This document shows, piece after piece, positions 21,175 to 33,000 of a stretch of 64,000 nt of DNA (position 1 is its first letter; each line of letters begins with the position of its first letter). The position numbers and the translations under genes are program-made. The notes below the pieces were generated by a model. It saw only the letters and a list, made by a program, of their open reading frames with translations, made no database searches and was not told where the DNA came from. Source of the DNA: Mantamonas sphyraenae STR306 (lineage: Eukaryota > Protista > CRuMs); assembly GCA_026936335.1 (NCBI GenBank), contig JAPMXV010000070.1, positions 1 through 64,000 of the forward strand, written 5' to 3'.

Positions 21175-22269
21175 TCAAATCGTCCCAGTCACTGCATGTG
21201 GCTTGCGCGTCCCATCCCCTCCATGCTCCTCGTAGCGTTTCTTCAACACCGACACCCGGTGCAACACGCCGTACGGGTTGTAGATCCCCTTGCCCACAAG
21301 CAGCACAATGAACGTCATGCCCAGGTTCAGCACACCTCCCATCGCACCCAACAGGTCCGACGACGTGTACGGCGTGTACGTGATCTGCTGCGAGTACACA
21401 AACGAGCGAGGCAGGATGTAGAGCTCCCCGAACCCGTAGTTCAAGTTTTCGTGCTGCGCACGCAGCGTCGAGTTCGAGCTGTACCTGCGATTCACTGTGC
21501 TCTGTCGTCCCTCAAAGATGACGTCGTGCAGTGTGGTGTTCGGGTCCGCCCCCCATCCGGGGTCCACCTGCGTGTAGTTCAACACCACGTCGTAGTGGAT
21601 CACCGTCACTCCCGTCGCCATGGGTGCCAACACCTGGATGTCCCGTGGGATCTTGCCCCCGTTGGCCTCTCGGTTAAACAGTCCCGTAAACACCACGTCT
21701 GCCGAGAACAGGCCCGTGTTGATCGCGTTGTAGTTCACTCTCCAGATCACTTGAATCGCCTGCCCGTCCTTCAGGTCGTACTTGGCTGGAAACAACAGGC
21801 AATTGCGCAAAGGCACCTCCAGCGACAATTGATTGATGTGGATGTCGTCTGGATGCAGCACAAAGTCACTCAGACAGTTTCTGGCCTTTCCAGGCGACGC
21901 GTCCAACATCCCTCCTTCCAGGATTTTGCACGAAACTGGCTGCAGCGTGTCAAAGAACGGACACACGAAAAAGCCCGGCACGGGCAACGTATTGTTCTGC
22001 GGCTTCAGCAGCTCCTCCTTCAGCGCAAACGAACTCGTGGTCTTTGGGTACTGGATCCCAAAGTACGTCGCCAAAAACGCCATCAAGCACAGCAGCAAAA
22101 TCAGACGCACCATCGTCTCCGGACGCGTCACAACGTCCCGCGCCCACTCCTTCAGCTCCTCCATCGTCGGCTTTTCATATCGTGCCGTCTCATAGTACGT
22201 CACGGCCAGGTCCAAGTTCCCGCCTGCCACAGAGGCCGATCGGCTTGCGCGGTGGTCCTGGTCAGCCAT
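21175..22269 (-). CDS. Two-TM membrane protein with large N-glycosylated loop, ENaC/DEG-like topology
   Basis: TM1 (VRLILLLCLMAFLATYFGI), post-TM1 LPVPGFFVCP, several NxT/S sites, TM2 YTSSDLLGAMGGVLNLGMTFIVLLVG. Confidence 0.6.
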   Translation of the reverse strand: MADQDHRASRSASVAGGNLDLAVTYYETARYEKPTMEELKEWARDVVTRPETMVRLILLLCLMAFLATYFGIQYPKTTSSFALKEELLKPQNNTLPVPGFFVCPFFDTLQPVSCKILEGGMLDASPGKARNCLSDFVLHPDDIHINQLSLEVPLRNCLLFPAKYDLKDGQAIQVIWRVNYNAINTGLFSADVVFTGLFNREANGGKIPRDIQVLAPMATGVTVIHYDVVLNYTQVDPGWGADPNTTLHDVIFEGRQSTVNRRYSSNSTLRAQHENLNYGFGELYILPRSFVYSQQITYTPYTSSDLLGAMGGVLNLGMTFIVLLVGKGIYNPYGVLHRVSVLKKRYEEHGGDGTRKPHAVTGTI

Positions 22270-22378
22270 GGGAATTCTCTTGGGCGCCTCTGCGACGCCA
22301 CCGCGCTTGCAACCACACCTCCCACCCCACCCACAACCCCTTTGCAAGCATGCCAACAAACAGGAATTTGTTCAACCC

Positions 22379-25300
22379 TCACACCGCACCTTCTGCATCC
22401 GTCGACCCACGATGCCTTGCCGACACCAAGCTTTCAAACAGATCATCATCGTCCTCATCCTCATCCTCTCCCGCTCCCGCTCCCGCTCCCTCTCCCTCTC
22501 TCGCTCCCATTCCCGCCGCCGCCCCACCCGAATCTCCATGCCTCGCCGACACCAAATCCGCAAACAAATCATCCGCCTCCTCCTCCTCCGCATCCTCCTC
22601 CACAACCTCCTTCTTCTCAGCTCCAGCCTTCCCTTTCCCCGTCCCTTTCCCTGTCCCTTGCTCCCTCCCATGCCTCGCAGACACAAGATCTTCAAACAAC
22701 CCGTCCTCCTCCTCCTCCTTCGCCTCTGCCGGCACCTCCACCTCCCTGTACACCCCATCCTCCAGCCGTACATCCTGCACCTCTCCCCACGGATCCTGTT
22801 CACCACGAAGCGGCCTATAGTGCTCCTCCTCCATCCCCAGCGTCTGCTTCGCCCGCGTCAACAGCCTCTCTGCAGCCGCCCGGTTCCTGTGGCTCTTGCC
22901 CATCCACCTGTATCCATAACACCCGCACGCCGCCAAGCCCACAATCACAATCAGCGCAATCAGCCATCCCGACCCTTCTTCTTCCCCAGGCGGCACCTCG
23001 GGAGAATGAGGAACCACAGGCCCGTTGTTGTTTGCGTTCGGGTCGTTCGGTGTCACGGGCGTCGGCGCTGGCGTCGGCAGCGTGTGCGGATCCGGATTCG
23101 GCACAACCGTAGGCTTGGCCACAGGCGTCGGCGACGGTGTGTGCCCTGGGCATGCCACCATCTGCGGCTCCCGCAACTTTGCAACGCCGTTGATGCACGT
23201 GTCTCCCGCAATGCGTCGGTATCCACGCGACACCTTGTACTGCACGTCGCACTTTGCAGGCACCGCGTTCATCTTGGCTGCTTCCTCCTTGTTGGTCACC
23301 TCGCACGGCCCGTTTGCACTCTTGCGCTCGTAGTACACGTCGCACTCAAAGTCCGCCTCTTCGCACTCGCACGACGAAATGCGCACCGGCCACTCCTGGT
23401 TCTTCTCCACATAGCACTCTGCGGCTCTCTTTCGCCGCTGGTATGTGATCTGATGGCCCAGCAGGCACTTGCCATTCAGCGTGTTTGCAGGCGTCCAAAA
23501 CTCAAAGTCGTCTTTCCCGCACGCCCGCTCAAAGTAGTTCGTAAAATCCAGCATCAGCACAACCGTCTTTCGTGTCTGTGTGTCTGTTCCGTACACCAGA
23601 AACTTTCGAATGCGCGAGCTCTCCTCGATCACAACGTTCTGCACACGCAGCGGCGACGACACACTAAACGTCGCGTTCTGGAACGTCTTGCCCAGGTCCA
23701 TCGAGAACCACAGCACGTTTGTCTCCCGTGTGTTTTCCGCCAACACCACAATCGCTCCGTGGTTGCCAAACTCGTACGTGTGCGATCCCTGCCGGATTTC
23801 CACCCAGTTCAGACCGGCGTCCCGCGACATGTACACGTTTGTTTCAGACAGCTCCGCAGTGTCTCCAAGCGTCTGCCCTACGTTTCCCTGCGCCAGAATC
23901 AGACCAGTGGCTGTCGGGCTGCTGTACATCGGCACCGTCGACCCGAAGCCCGGCCGCGCCAGCACGTGCAGATTCAGCGAGCATCCTTCGCACGCCACAT
24001 CCTTTCCTGCCGCGTCCACTGTCGGCGCAATCAGCTTGCTCCACGTCGCCCCTTTGTTGAAGGTCACCATAGTCACCAGCTCCACCGACTGCGAATCGGG
24101 GGCGTCCTCAAAGTTGTTCACTACGTTCGCAAAGTAGATCCCTTCAAGGCCCTTGTGCTTGTGAAAGTCGCACTTTTGCGTCTCCGGCGCACAGAACACG
24201 TGCTCCAGCGATTGTGTGTACCTGTCGCCCCGCCGATTGCTCAGATACACCGTGCTGAACACCTTGTTCTTCGGATCCTGGTTGATCGCCAAAAACACGC
24301 TGCCTTCAGACACGTCCAGCACCCAGTACTCCTTGTAGATCAGCGGCGCATCCAGCAACGCCGCCCTGAATCCCAGCATAGGGTTGTTGCTCACCAGCAG
24401 CTGCAGCGTCATGTCCTCCTTCACCTGCGTCACCATGCTGTAGAACGGCGGGTACACGTGGCTTTCCGTCGCGTGCTCGTACTCCACCTTCTTCAGCGTC
24501 CCGTCCGTCAGCAGCAGCACCTCTTTGCGCTTGTCCAGCGTCCCACATTGGTACTTGTCCACGTTGTACGGGAATCGCGTCACCAGCACCTCTGCGGGGC
24601 CTGTTGCCCACGCAACATCCTCCACCCGCTCGCTCATCAGCGTGAACTTCTTTCCAAAGTCCTCGCTCAGGTACACCTTGTAGCAGCAGCCCCAGTTGTT
24701 CGGCAAAGCGCACTCGTACTTTGCTGCCAGCACATACGCCGCACGGTACGGGTGCAAAAGCAACCTGTCGATGCCCATCTTCTGCGGCAGCTCCGCGTAT
24801 GTCGTCCCGCTATCCACTGTCGACCAGTGCGTGTCTCCCACTCCGACAAAGATCAGGTGATTCGGCGTCGACTTGGACCCCACAACAAGCTTTACGCCGC
24901 CCTTCGCGTTGAACACCGTCTGCTCAACAAAGTTCCGGCCCCAGTCGTACGACCGATACACACGGTGTTCCTTTGTCAAGATAAACACCGTCTGCCCAGT
25001 GTCTCCCACATAGTGCACGTACGAGATGGCTCCCTCGATGCCCGTAAACTGCGCCGCACCCGCGTTTTCCACCCCGCAACCCCCGTCTGCGTGTCAGCTT
25101 CCCATTTACCCTCTCCTCCCCCCGCTCCCTCCACTCAATCCCAAGCCCACCCGCACCTTCTCTCCGTCCCACCTCATGCCCCTCACTCCTTCCCGCCCGT
25201 TCCCCCGCCCCACTCCCTGCCTCTCCTCCTCCAATCCCTCCGTTGCCTCCCTCTTCAAAGAAATGACCGCCACTCAAACGTACCACGTGTTTGACAATCC

Positions 25301-25421
25301 GCTGCTCATTCGCCCCATCCGTAGCCGATACAAGTGCTGTTCCCGTTGTCGCCTCCGTTTGCAACGCGACCAGCTGTCCCACCATCAACATGATCACCAC
25401 CACACTCGTGCGCATCATCAT
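22379..25421 (-). CDS. Vps10/sortilin-family sorting receptor (intron 25049-25283)
   Basis: Signal peptide, BNR/Asp-box repeats (YRSYDWGRNF, YLSEDFGKKF, YMSRDAGLNW, WFSMDLGKTF), 10CC module (CLLG...YQRRK...CECEEADFEC...GYRRIAGDTC), single TM, acidic tail. Confidence 0.92.
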
Positions 25422-25494
25422 GGCAATTCTCGTTGGACTGGACGTCCCACCGCTCCTCCTGCCCCCCCGTACCCAACCTCCCCACCCACCCATC

Positions 25495-27030
25495 ATGACA
25501 CGCACCCCCAACATCGTCTTTCTCAACACATTCTTCATCACCATTGCCACCGTCCTAGGCACAGGCATCCTCGCCCTTCCCGTCAAACTCTCCCGCAGCG
25601 GCTTTGCTCCCTACCTCGCCACCTACGCCCTATGCCTCGTCATGCAAACTGCCCTCCTCTACTTTATGACCGAACTCCTCCAGCGTTCCCGTGCTCTCCT
25701 CCTCGAGCGCCACGGCCGCTTTGCCGGAATGCACCCCCTCCAAGACGTCTCCGACTCGGTTCATGCACCTCAACCCGAAACTGGCATGGCCGACGACGAC
25801 GACGACGACGACAGTGACGCTGACGACGACGTCGACATCGGCCACCACCGACACCCATCCACTCCCGACGACTCTCCCTCCTCGCCCGCCACCTCCTCTA
25901 TCCTCCCGTCTGCCAGCGACGAGGAAGTCGACGCCATCCTTGCCACAGTCGGCAAGGCTGCACAAGGCGAGCTCGACCATGGACCCGACCTCCACGCCAT
26001 GGGCAAGATGTTTCTGCCCCGCGCCCTCCGCTGGATCTTTGACGCCGCCGTCCTCCTCCACTTTGTCACCATCATGATTTCCTACGGCCTGGCAGGCTCC
26101 GAGGCCTACGGCCAGCTCTTTGACGTCGACTACCGCTCCCTCATCACCCCGTTTGTCGTCCTCCTCTCTCTCATCGTCATCTTTGGCTCTCGCCAGCTCG
26201 CCGTCTTTGTCAGCGCTCTCACATTTGCCAAAGGCAGCCTCCTCATCGTCATGGTCCTCATCACAGGGTACGTTTCCACCCTCAGCGACGTCCACCCCGT
26301 TGACGACTGGATGCAAGTCGGCCAGCCCTTCCTCATGGGCACTGTCGCCCTTGGCGGCGCCGTCAACCTCATGCCCGTCGCCTTCCGCAGCGTCGTCCAC
26401 AACAGCCGCGACATTGCCCGCTTCCGCACTGCTGTCGTCGCTGCCCTTGCCGCCGTGTTTGTCCTCAACGTCCTCTGGTGCCTCTTCATTCTCGAGATTG
26501 TGCCCCAGGGTCTCCTCGACGCCGCTGCCTCGCGTGGCGAGATCGCCACGGTTCCGCTCATTGCCGTCATCCGCTCCCAATTCCCTGCCCAGGCCTGGGT
26601 CGGCATCTGCGTCGATGTTTTTATTATGCTCAGCATCACCGTCAGCTTCGTCACCATTGGCATGGGCCTTGTCCACGTGCTCGACGGCTACGCTTCCGAA
26701 CTCCACGCCCTGCGCCTCTTTCGCACGAGGCCCCGCTGGCTGCCCCGCGCCCTTGTCTACACCTCGGCCTTTGGCACTGTCTATGTCTTTGCCATTGCCA
26801 ACCCGCGTTCTTTCCTCCTCGTCATGGAGTTTCTCACATCCATTGCCCTCAACCTCGAAGGCGGCCTCTTCATCACCCTCATGGTCGCCCGATCCCGCTC
26901 CATCGTCCCCGGTGACATGGCCTGCTCCCTTCCCCCCTGGATGTACCGCGCCCGCTGGTTTGTGGGTGCCTACTTTGTCTCTGCCGTCATCTACGGCGCC
27001 GTCCGCGGCGGCGGCGTTGCCGTCGGCTGA
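25495..27030 (+). CDS. Amino-acid permease (HAAAP/Trp-Tyr permease-like, APC superfamily)
   Basis: TM1 IATVLGTGILALPVKLSRSGF, ~11 hydrophobic segments, acidic loop after TM2. Confidence 0.82.
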   Translation: MTRTPNIVFLNTFFITIATVLGTGILALPVKLSRSGFAPYLATYALCLVMQTALLYFMTELLQRSRALLLERHGRFAGMHPLQDVSDSVHAPQPETGMADDDDDDDSDADDDVDIGHHRHPSTPDDSPSSPATSSILPSASDEEVDAILATVGKAAQGELDHGPDLHAMGKMFLPRALRWIFDAAVLLHFVTIMISYGLAGSEAYGQLFDVDYRSLITPFVVLLSLIVIFGSRQLAVFVSALTFAKGSLLIVMVLITGYVSTLSDVHPVDDWMQVGQPFLMGTVALGGAVNLMPVAFRSVVHNSRDIARFRTAVVAALAAVFVLNVLWCLFILEIVPQGLLDAAASRGEIATVPLIAVIRSQFPAQAWVGICVDVFIMLSITVSFVTIGMGLVHVLDGYASELHALRLFRTRPRWLPRALVYTSAFGTVYVFAIANPRSFLLVMEFLTSIALNLEGGLFITLMVARSRSIVPGDMACSLPPWMYRARWFVGAYFVSAVIYGAVRGGGVAVG

Positions 27031-27078
27031 AACCTCACCACGTAACAATCACCACACATCCTTCATTTCCCGGTGCCC

Positions 27079-30000
27079 TCACGAAAGCATCCCGCCCTCA
27101 ATCCACTCCCGGTACGTGCTCGTCCTGATAAACTTTGCAAAAACCACCTTCACCAGATACGTCAGCACCTCCTCCTTGGCTGCTCGGAACAGATCTTTCG
27201 GCGCCTCGTTCCCAGCGCTCTCATACCGCCGCACCACCTCCACACGCGTCACGCTGTCCACTTCCACGGGGTCGAACGCGCTCATGCTCACAAACCGATC
27301 CACAATGCTCTTTGCCTTGAACCCTCGCTTCGTCGCGTTCTCCTCCCGTTCATAGTCTTCGATCGCTGCGAAAAAGTTGATCCACGCCGCCTCAAAGTTC
27401 GACTCCACGTATGCCTCAAATGTCGGCCTCAGCTGAGGGCGCTTCAGAATCCTCTTCACTGCCACCTCCTCGGGGCTCTTCTTCTTCTTCTTCTTCTTCT
27501 TTGCGCTCTTGTCCACCGTGTCCACTACGACCACCTCCTTCTCCACCTCAACCTCCACCTCAACCTCCACCTGCTCCTGCTCCTTCTCCTTCTCTGCTTC
27601 CTCCTCCTCATTCACATCTCCTGCCACTCCGCTCAGGTCCACCTCCACCTCCTCTTTCCCTGCCTGCTCCACTTCCTCCACTTCCACCTCTGGCCGCATC
27701 CACGCTCCCACCAAATCATCCACATCCCGCGCCTCAAACCCACCCTCTTCCTCTTCCACCTCGTCCTCCTCCACCTCCACCTCCACCTCCACCTCCGCTT
27801 CCTTTTCCCTCTTCACCTCCACCTCCACTTCCACCTCCCTTTCCCTCTTCACCTCCACCTTCTCCCTCTCCGCCGCAACAACGCCACCTCCTCCATCCAT
27901 CCCCTCCATCGGCCCCACATCCACTCCACCCCCACCAGCTACATCCACAATCACCCCCAGTGCATCCACGGCCATGGCCAGACCATCTGCGACCACATCC
28001 ACCTCCTCCATGTCCACCAGCGTCACTGCACCACTCGAACGACTGCTTCCAATCGCCAGCTCCTCCTCCTGGTCCGCCAACACAAGCATCAGCACCTGCA
28101 TCAGCGTGCGCATCGGCTCTTCTGTCGACGACCCGTGGTTCTCCATAGCCAGTTTGATCAGCGCCTGGAAATCGTCCACATACCGCCACGACTCCCCTTG
28201 TACAAGCAGCACCGCCGCAATCTGCAGCACATACCCGCGGTACTGCTTCGGTCCCGTCCGCAGCATGTTGGTCAGGAACATCGCCGTGTTGCCCACATGC
28301 ACGGGGAAAAACTCGGCCACAAGCACCCCGCACAGGTCTTCCAGGAACGTCTCCGCTTCCTCGTACCCTCCACGCGCAAACCGCTGCAGCAGCTCGTCCA
28401 CGTCTTCATACCCAAAGTGCAACAGCAGGCCCGACAGCTCGCTCACCACGCTCGAGATGTACATCTCCTCCACCATGTCCCCCACCTCTGTCAGCGTCCG
28501 TCCGCTGCCCAAGCTCACCTCGCTCTGGTCCACACTGCTTGCCACCGCCTCTCGCGCCAGCACAGCGTGCAGCATCCACGGCAACACCGCCATCACCTGC
28601 AAAAGCACACGTGCAGGCGATGCGTCCACAATGTCGTCGTTCAGCACTCGGCACGTGCGACCGAGCAGCGCAAGCGCCTCCAGCTCCGTCCCCTCGATTG
28701 CCATCCCTTGCACCACCCACGGCAGCATTCCTTCAAACGCAGGACGCCACTCGCTGCAGTATGCCCACAGACGCCGCGCAGACTCCACCTCACGTGCATC
28801 CTCGCTCTCGTCAAACCGCAACGCTGCGCCGCTGTTCAGGTACGCCACAAATCCGTCGTCGTTTAGCATTGTCAGCGCCATACGCACCGCCTGCTGGTAC
28901 ACCTGGCTCCAACGCTTCCCGTCGCACCGCAGCAACGCGCACACACTCCAAAACAGGATCGGGTATTTCACCAGCTTGCCCTTGTTGCGCAGGTGCACAA
29001 TCACCGCGTGCATCGTCCGCAGCTGCGACTGCACACGTGCGTACAACAGCTTCTCTTGCTCCTTCTCCCGCTCGCTCAGACGTCCCTCCTCCACCTTGAG
29101 CAAACTGTGCACACTCTCCTGCACAGCACCCACAAACGCCACCAGCGCACGCCGGTTCACAGGGTACAAGTGCGACCTGTAAATCTGCGATCCCTTGATG
29201 CTCATCGCCGCGTCGCTGCACCCGATGCTCCATCGCAGAGCCTCCGCGCTCATCAGAGACACGCTCTGAGGCGACGCAACCTCAAGGTACCGCTGGATGT
29301 CCCGCAGCATGTCGTCAAACAGTATCTTCTTCCCGTACCACGGCGAGCAAAACGTCGCGTCGTCCACCTCCACACGCCCTTCCGGATCGTCCCCCATTTC
29401 CAGAAACACAAGCTCAAACTTCGGCTGCGCTCCCATCATAAAGATCTGCCGGAACGCCTTGTACTGCCGGTCCGTCTCTGGGTGCGCTTCCAGTGTTCCT
29501 GCTCGCGTCACAAGCGCAAAGATCGCGTGGTTGAACAGCTTCCGCACCCCGCGGTTCAGGTTGCTCTCGTCTCCCAGTCCGCGCAGGTGCAGGAAACAGT
29601 AGTTGAACACCGTGTGGATATGTCCAAGCAACGGCGAAAAGTCCTCTGCAATCAGTGTCGTCAGCATCGTCACAATTGCCTCCGACTCGTTGTCAATCAG
29701 CTCCGTCATCGTCGCACGCGGCCCTTCCTCTGCCCCACCTTCCTCCGTCGCCTCTTCTCCATCCGCACCCGCCTCCTCATCCTCCACATCCTTCTCCTTG
29801 CCCTTGCCCTTGCGCTTCGCCGCTCGCTCTGCCTCCTTCTTTTCCCGCTTCTCTCGCTTCGCACGCTCCTTCTCCTCCTTCGCCTTTGCCTTTGCCGCCT
29901 TTGCTTTTTCCTTTTCCCGCTCCTTTTTCTCCTTTGCGTACGCCTTTCGCTCTTTGCTCGTCATCTTTGCCAGTTCCTCCTCCGTCTTTTCCTCTTTGTC

Positions 30001-33000
30001 TTCTTCCTCCTCCTCGTCCTCTTCACCTTCCTCACCTTCAGCCTCTTCCTCTTCTTCCTCATCTTCCTCTTCCTCTTCCTCCTCCTCGTCTCCCGCCTGC
30101 CCTGGTACCTCTGCGCCTCTGTCTCCATACCTCTTCAGCATCTCCTCTTCCAGCTCCTTCCTTCGCTCAAAACTAAGCTGTTCCACCAGCGTGCTCACCA
30201 CTCCCTGCGGGTGCAATCGGTACAGCGCAATCACAATCTGCGAGCTAAACTCCTCGTTGTCTGCCACCTCCACGCTCGAGTCCACAATGAAACTCATGAT
30301 CACCTTTAGGTTTGCGGGCGCACCCAGCCCACCACGCACCGCCGGCTCCGCGTGGCCCAGCTGCTCCCACACCATCAACAGCTCCGCTGGGATCCGTTGC
30401 ATCTCCTCTTGGATCTGCAGCGACATGTGGAAAGTCTGCTGCAAAAAGTCGTGCGGTCCCTCAAACTTGCGCATCGCCTTGGGTGGACGCGGAAGCGTAG
30501 GTTTGGCCAGCAGCGACACGTTGCCGCCCCATGCCGCAAGTGCCTTCAGCACGTTCACCTTTGTCTCCCCGGGAATCTCGTGGATCTGCGTAAACGCCTC
30601 GGCAAACACTTGCTCCGTAAAGATCGCACACCGGCTCGCTGTCAACTGAGCCACACGCACCAACGACGTCTGGATGGTGCCCAGTCCCGCCAGAAACGAC
30701 GCACGCGCGCCATAAAACTCAATCTCAAATTCGTCGTCGTCCAGGTTGGCCCTGTCCATCGCCGCCGCCTTGCTCGCGTCCGCGTATCCGCAGAACGACG
30801 TCGACAGCCGGTACAGCAGGTCAAACGCACGCACACGCGTACGCATGTCCGAAAACGACAGATACAGCGTTGCAAGCAGCAGCAGCGACCCCGCGTGCGC
30901 CTGGCTCGTCATCGTAAACTCCTGTTGCAACCGTCGCTCCTCCGCCGTCTCCAACTCAGCGCCGCTTCCGCTTGCCCGTCCAATGTCCCGATGGTACCTC
31001 GCCAGATCAGTTGCGTTTCCTGTGCTTGGCGGCACCAGTTCGCTCTGAGCACACAAAAACTGGTCGCAGATCGCGTTGAAAAACATCGGCGCACTCGAGT
31101 CGTCCGTCGTGTAGCTGTACGCAATGTACGACGGCAGCAGCTCCTCATAGTTGAACGCAAGCAGCGACGACAGCACCTGCCCTCCCGCTGCCTCCACCTG
31201 CACGAACCAACTCAGCTCCTGCGTCGTGAATTCCTTGCCGTCCTCCCACAGGCCGCCGGCCTTCATCAGCTTCTCCACAGCACTCATCGCCGTCTCCTTC
31301 ATCAGCTCCACTCGTCGTTCGTACGCCTCACGCACAGCCGCCTGCTCTCCCTTCTTGTGCTTGCTCACCACCTGCTTCTCGTGCCGCTTCTGCTCCCGGA
31401 TCCACCGCACCTCGCTCTCCTCGCCCACGCCGGTAAACACCTCTTCAAATTCCACCAGCGAGCGCAGCATGTCCATGTCCCAGTGCTGCAGGATCGGCGT
31501 GCACGGCAGCAGCTTGATACGCAACGGGCCCCGGTTCCACAGGTCCACGTTTGGCTCAATCGCTTCGTCCAGCACCAAATAAATCAGCTGCGACAGCTCC
31601 AGTACGTACGTTTCATCAAAGCTCACCTGAAGTTTCTTGGAACCCATGGTGCCGTTCTGCCACAGCAGTTCGTAGCTATCCTGCACAATGCCGCACAGCT
31701 GCGCCAGCGCACTCTCGCCGTACTCGCCTCCAAGCACCTCTTCAAACTCGGGGATTCCCGCACACGCCACCAGCAGGCCCAGCACTCCTCGCCGAAGCTC
31801 TCGCTTCATCCCGTGCTCTCCTCGCTCCTTCTTTTCTTTCTTGCTCGCCGGCTCCTGCGTCAGGTACCCGTACACATGTTGCACCATCGCCGCGCTCACG
31901 CTCGCGTGGCTGCAGCACAGTGCCTTGTGCACCATTTCCACAACCCACTCCCACGGGTGCTCCGACCACGCCACAAACAGATCAAAGATCCCCGTCAGCA
32001 CCAGTGGCTCCTTCTGCTTGCCCTTCTTCTTGCTCTTCTTGCTCTTCTTGCCCTTGGTGCCGCTGCTCTCCTGCCCTTCCTCCTCTTCCTTGGCTCCGCT
32101 CAGGTCACCGCAGCTCATCAACATCGTCAGATACAATTGCATGCGCGCCACCATGTCTGTGCGCACCTTGCCCTCACGCACCCCCTTCTGGTCCGCCGGA
32201 TCCACCACCTTTTCGCTCATCACCTGCACCTTCTTCAGAAGCGACTCTTGCAGAAGCCCGATCGTCTCGTGACAGTCCGCCTTCACCAACGCGTGTCCGA
32301 TCTCTGCGAGGTAGAACGGATACAGTTCACGATACTCCATGTCCTCTGCCACATCTTCCAGACTCGGTGGCGTCGCCTCGGTGCTCAGGTCCACCAAGTG
32401 CTCCAGGAATCCAGCCTCGTACACAGCCGCCATCTGCCGGCCCCTGCCCGAAATTGTGTCGCGCTCTCGCTCAATCGTGTCCCAAACCCTGTCGTACGCA
32501 CTCGTCACAACCGCTCCTCGTCCACTGCTGCTGCTGCTGCTGCTTGCGCCGTATCCGTCTTTGTCCAGAGCACTTGTCATTTGCCTGTGCAGCGTGCGTG
32601 TCACGCGCAGAAAGTGCGTCGCTTGGTCGCGTACCGCTTCGTTTGTGTCGCACATCATCTCCAGTCCCACCGCCTCCCACACCTGGAACTCTTCCTCCTC
32701 CACAAACACGTACGCCTGGATGCGCTCCTTGTCGTCTCGCGTCATCTCCAGCTTCACATAGTCGTGCCACATGTGCACAAAGTTGCATGCGTGACGCACC
32801 ACATTCAGCACCTCGTCTGCTCCGCGCCACCCGTCGTATTGCATCAGCTCTACAAACCCGCGCATCACCGCCGGACGCAGCTCCGGATGCTTCACCACAA
32901 CCTGCTGCAGCAGATGCAGCGCCTGCGTGCCCAGAGTCTTGTCTCGCAGCGCCACCAGCTTGCCCACAAACAGAGTGTCCGAATTGCTGAACGACCCCAG

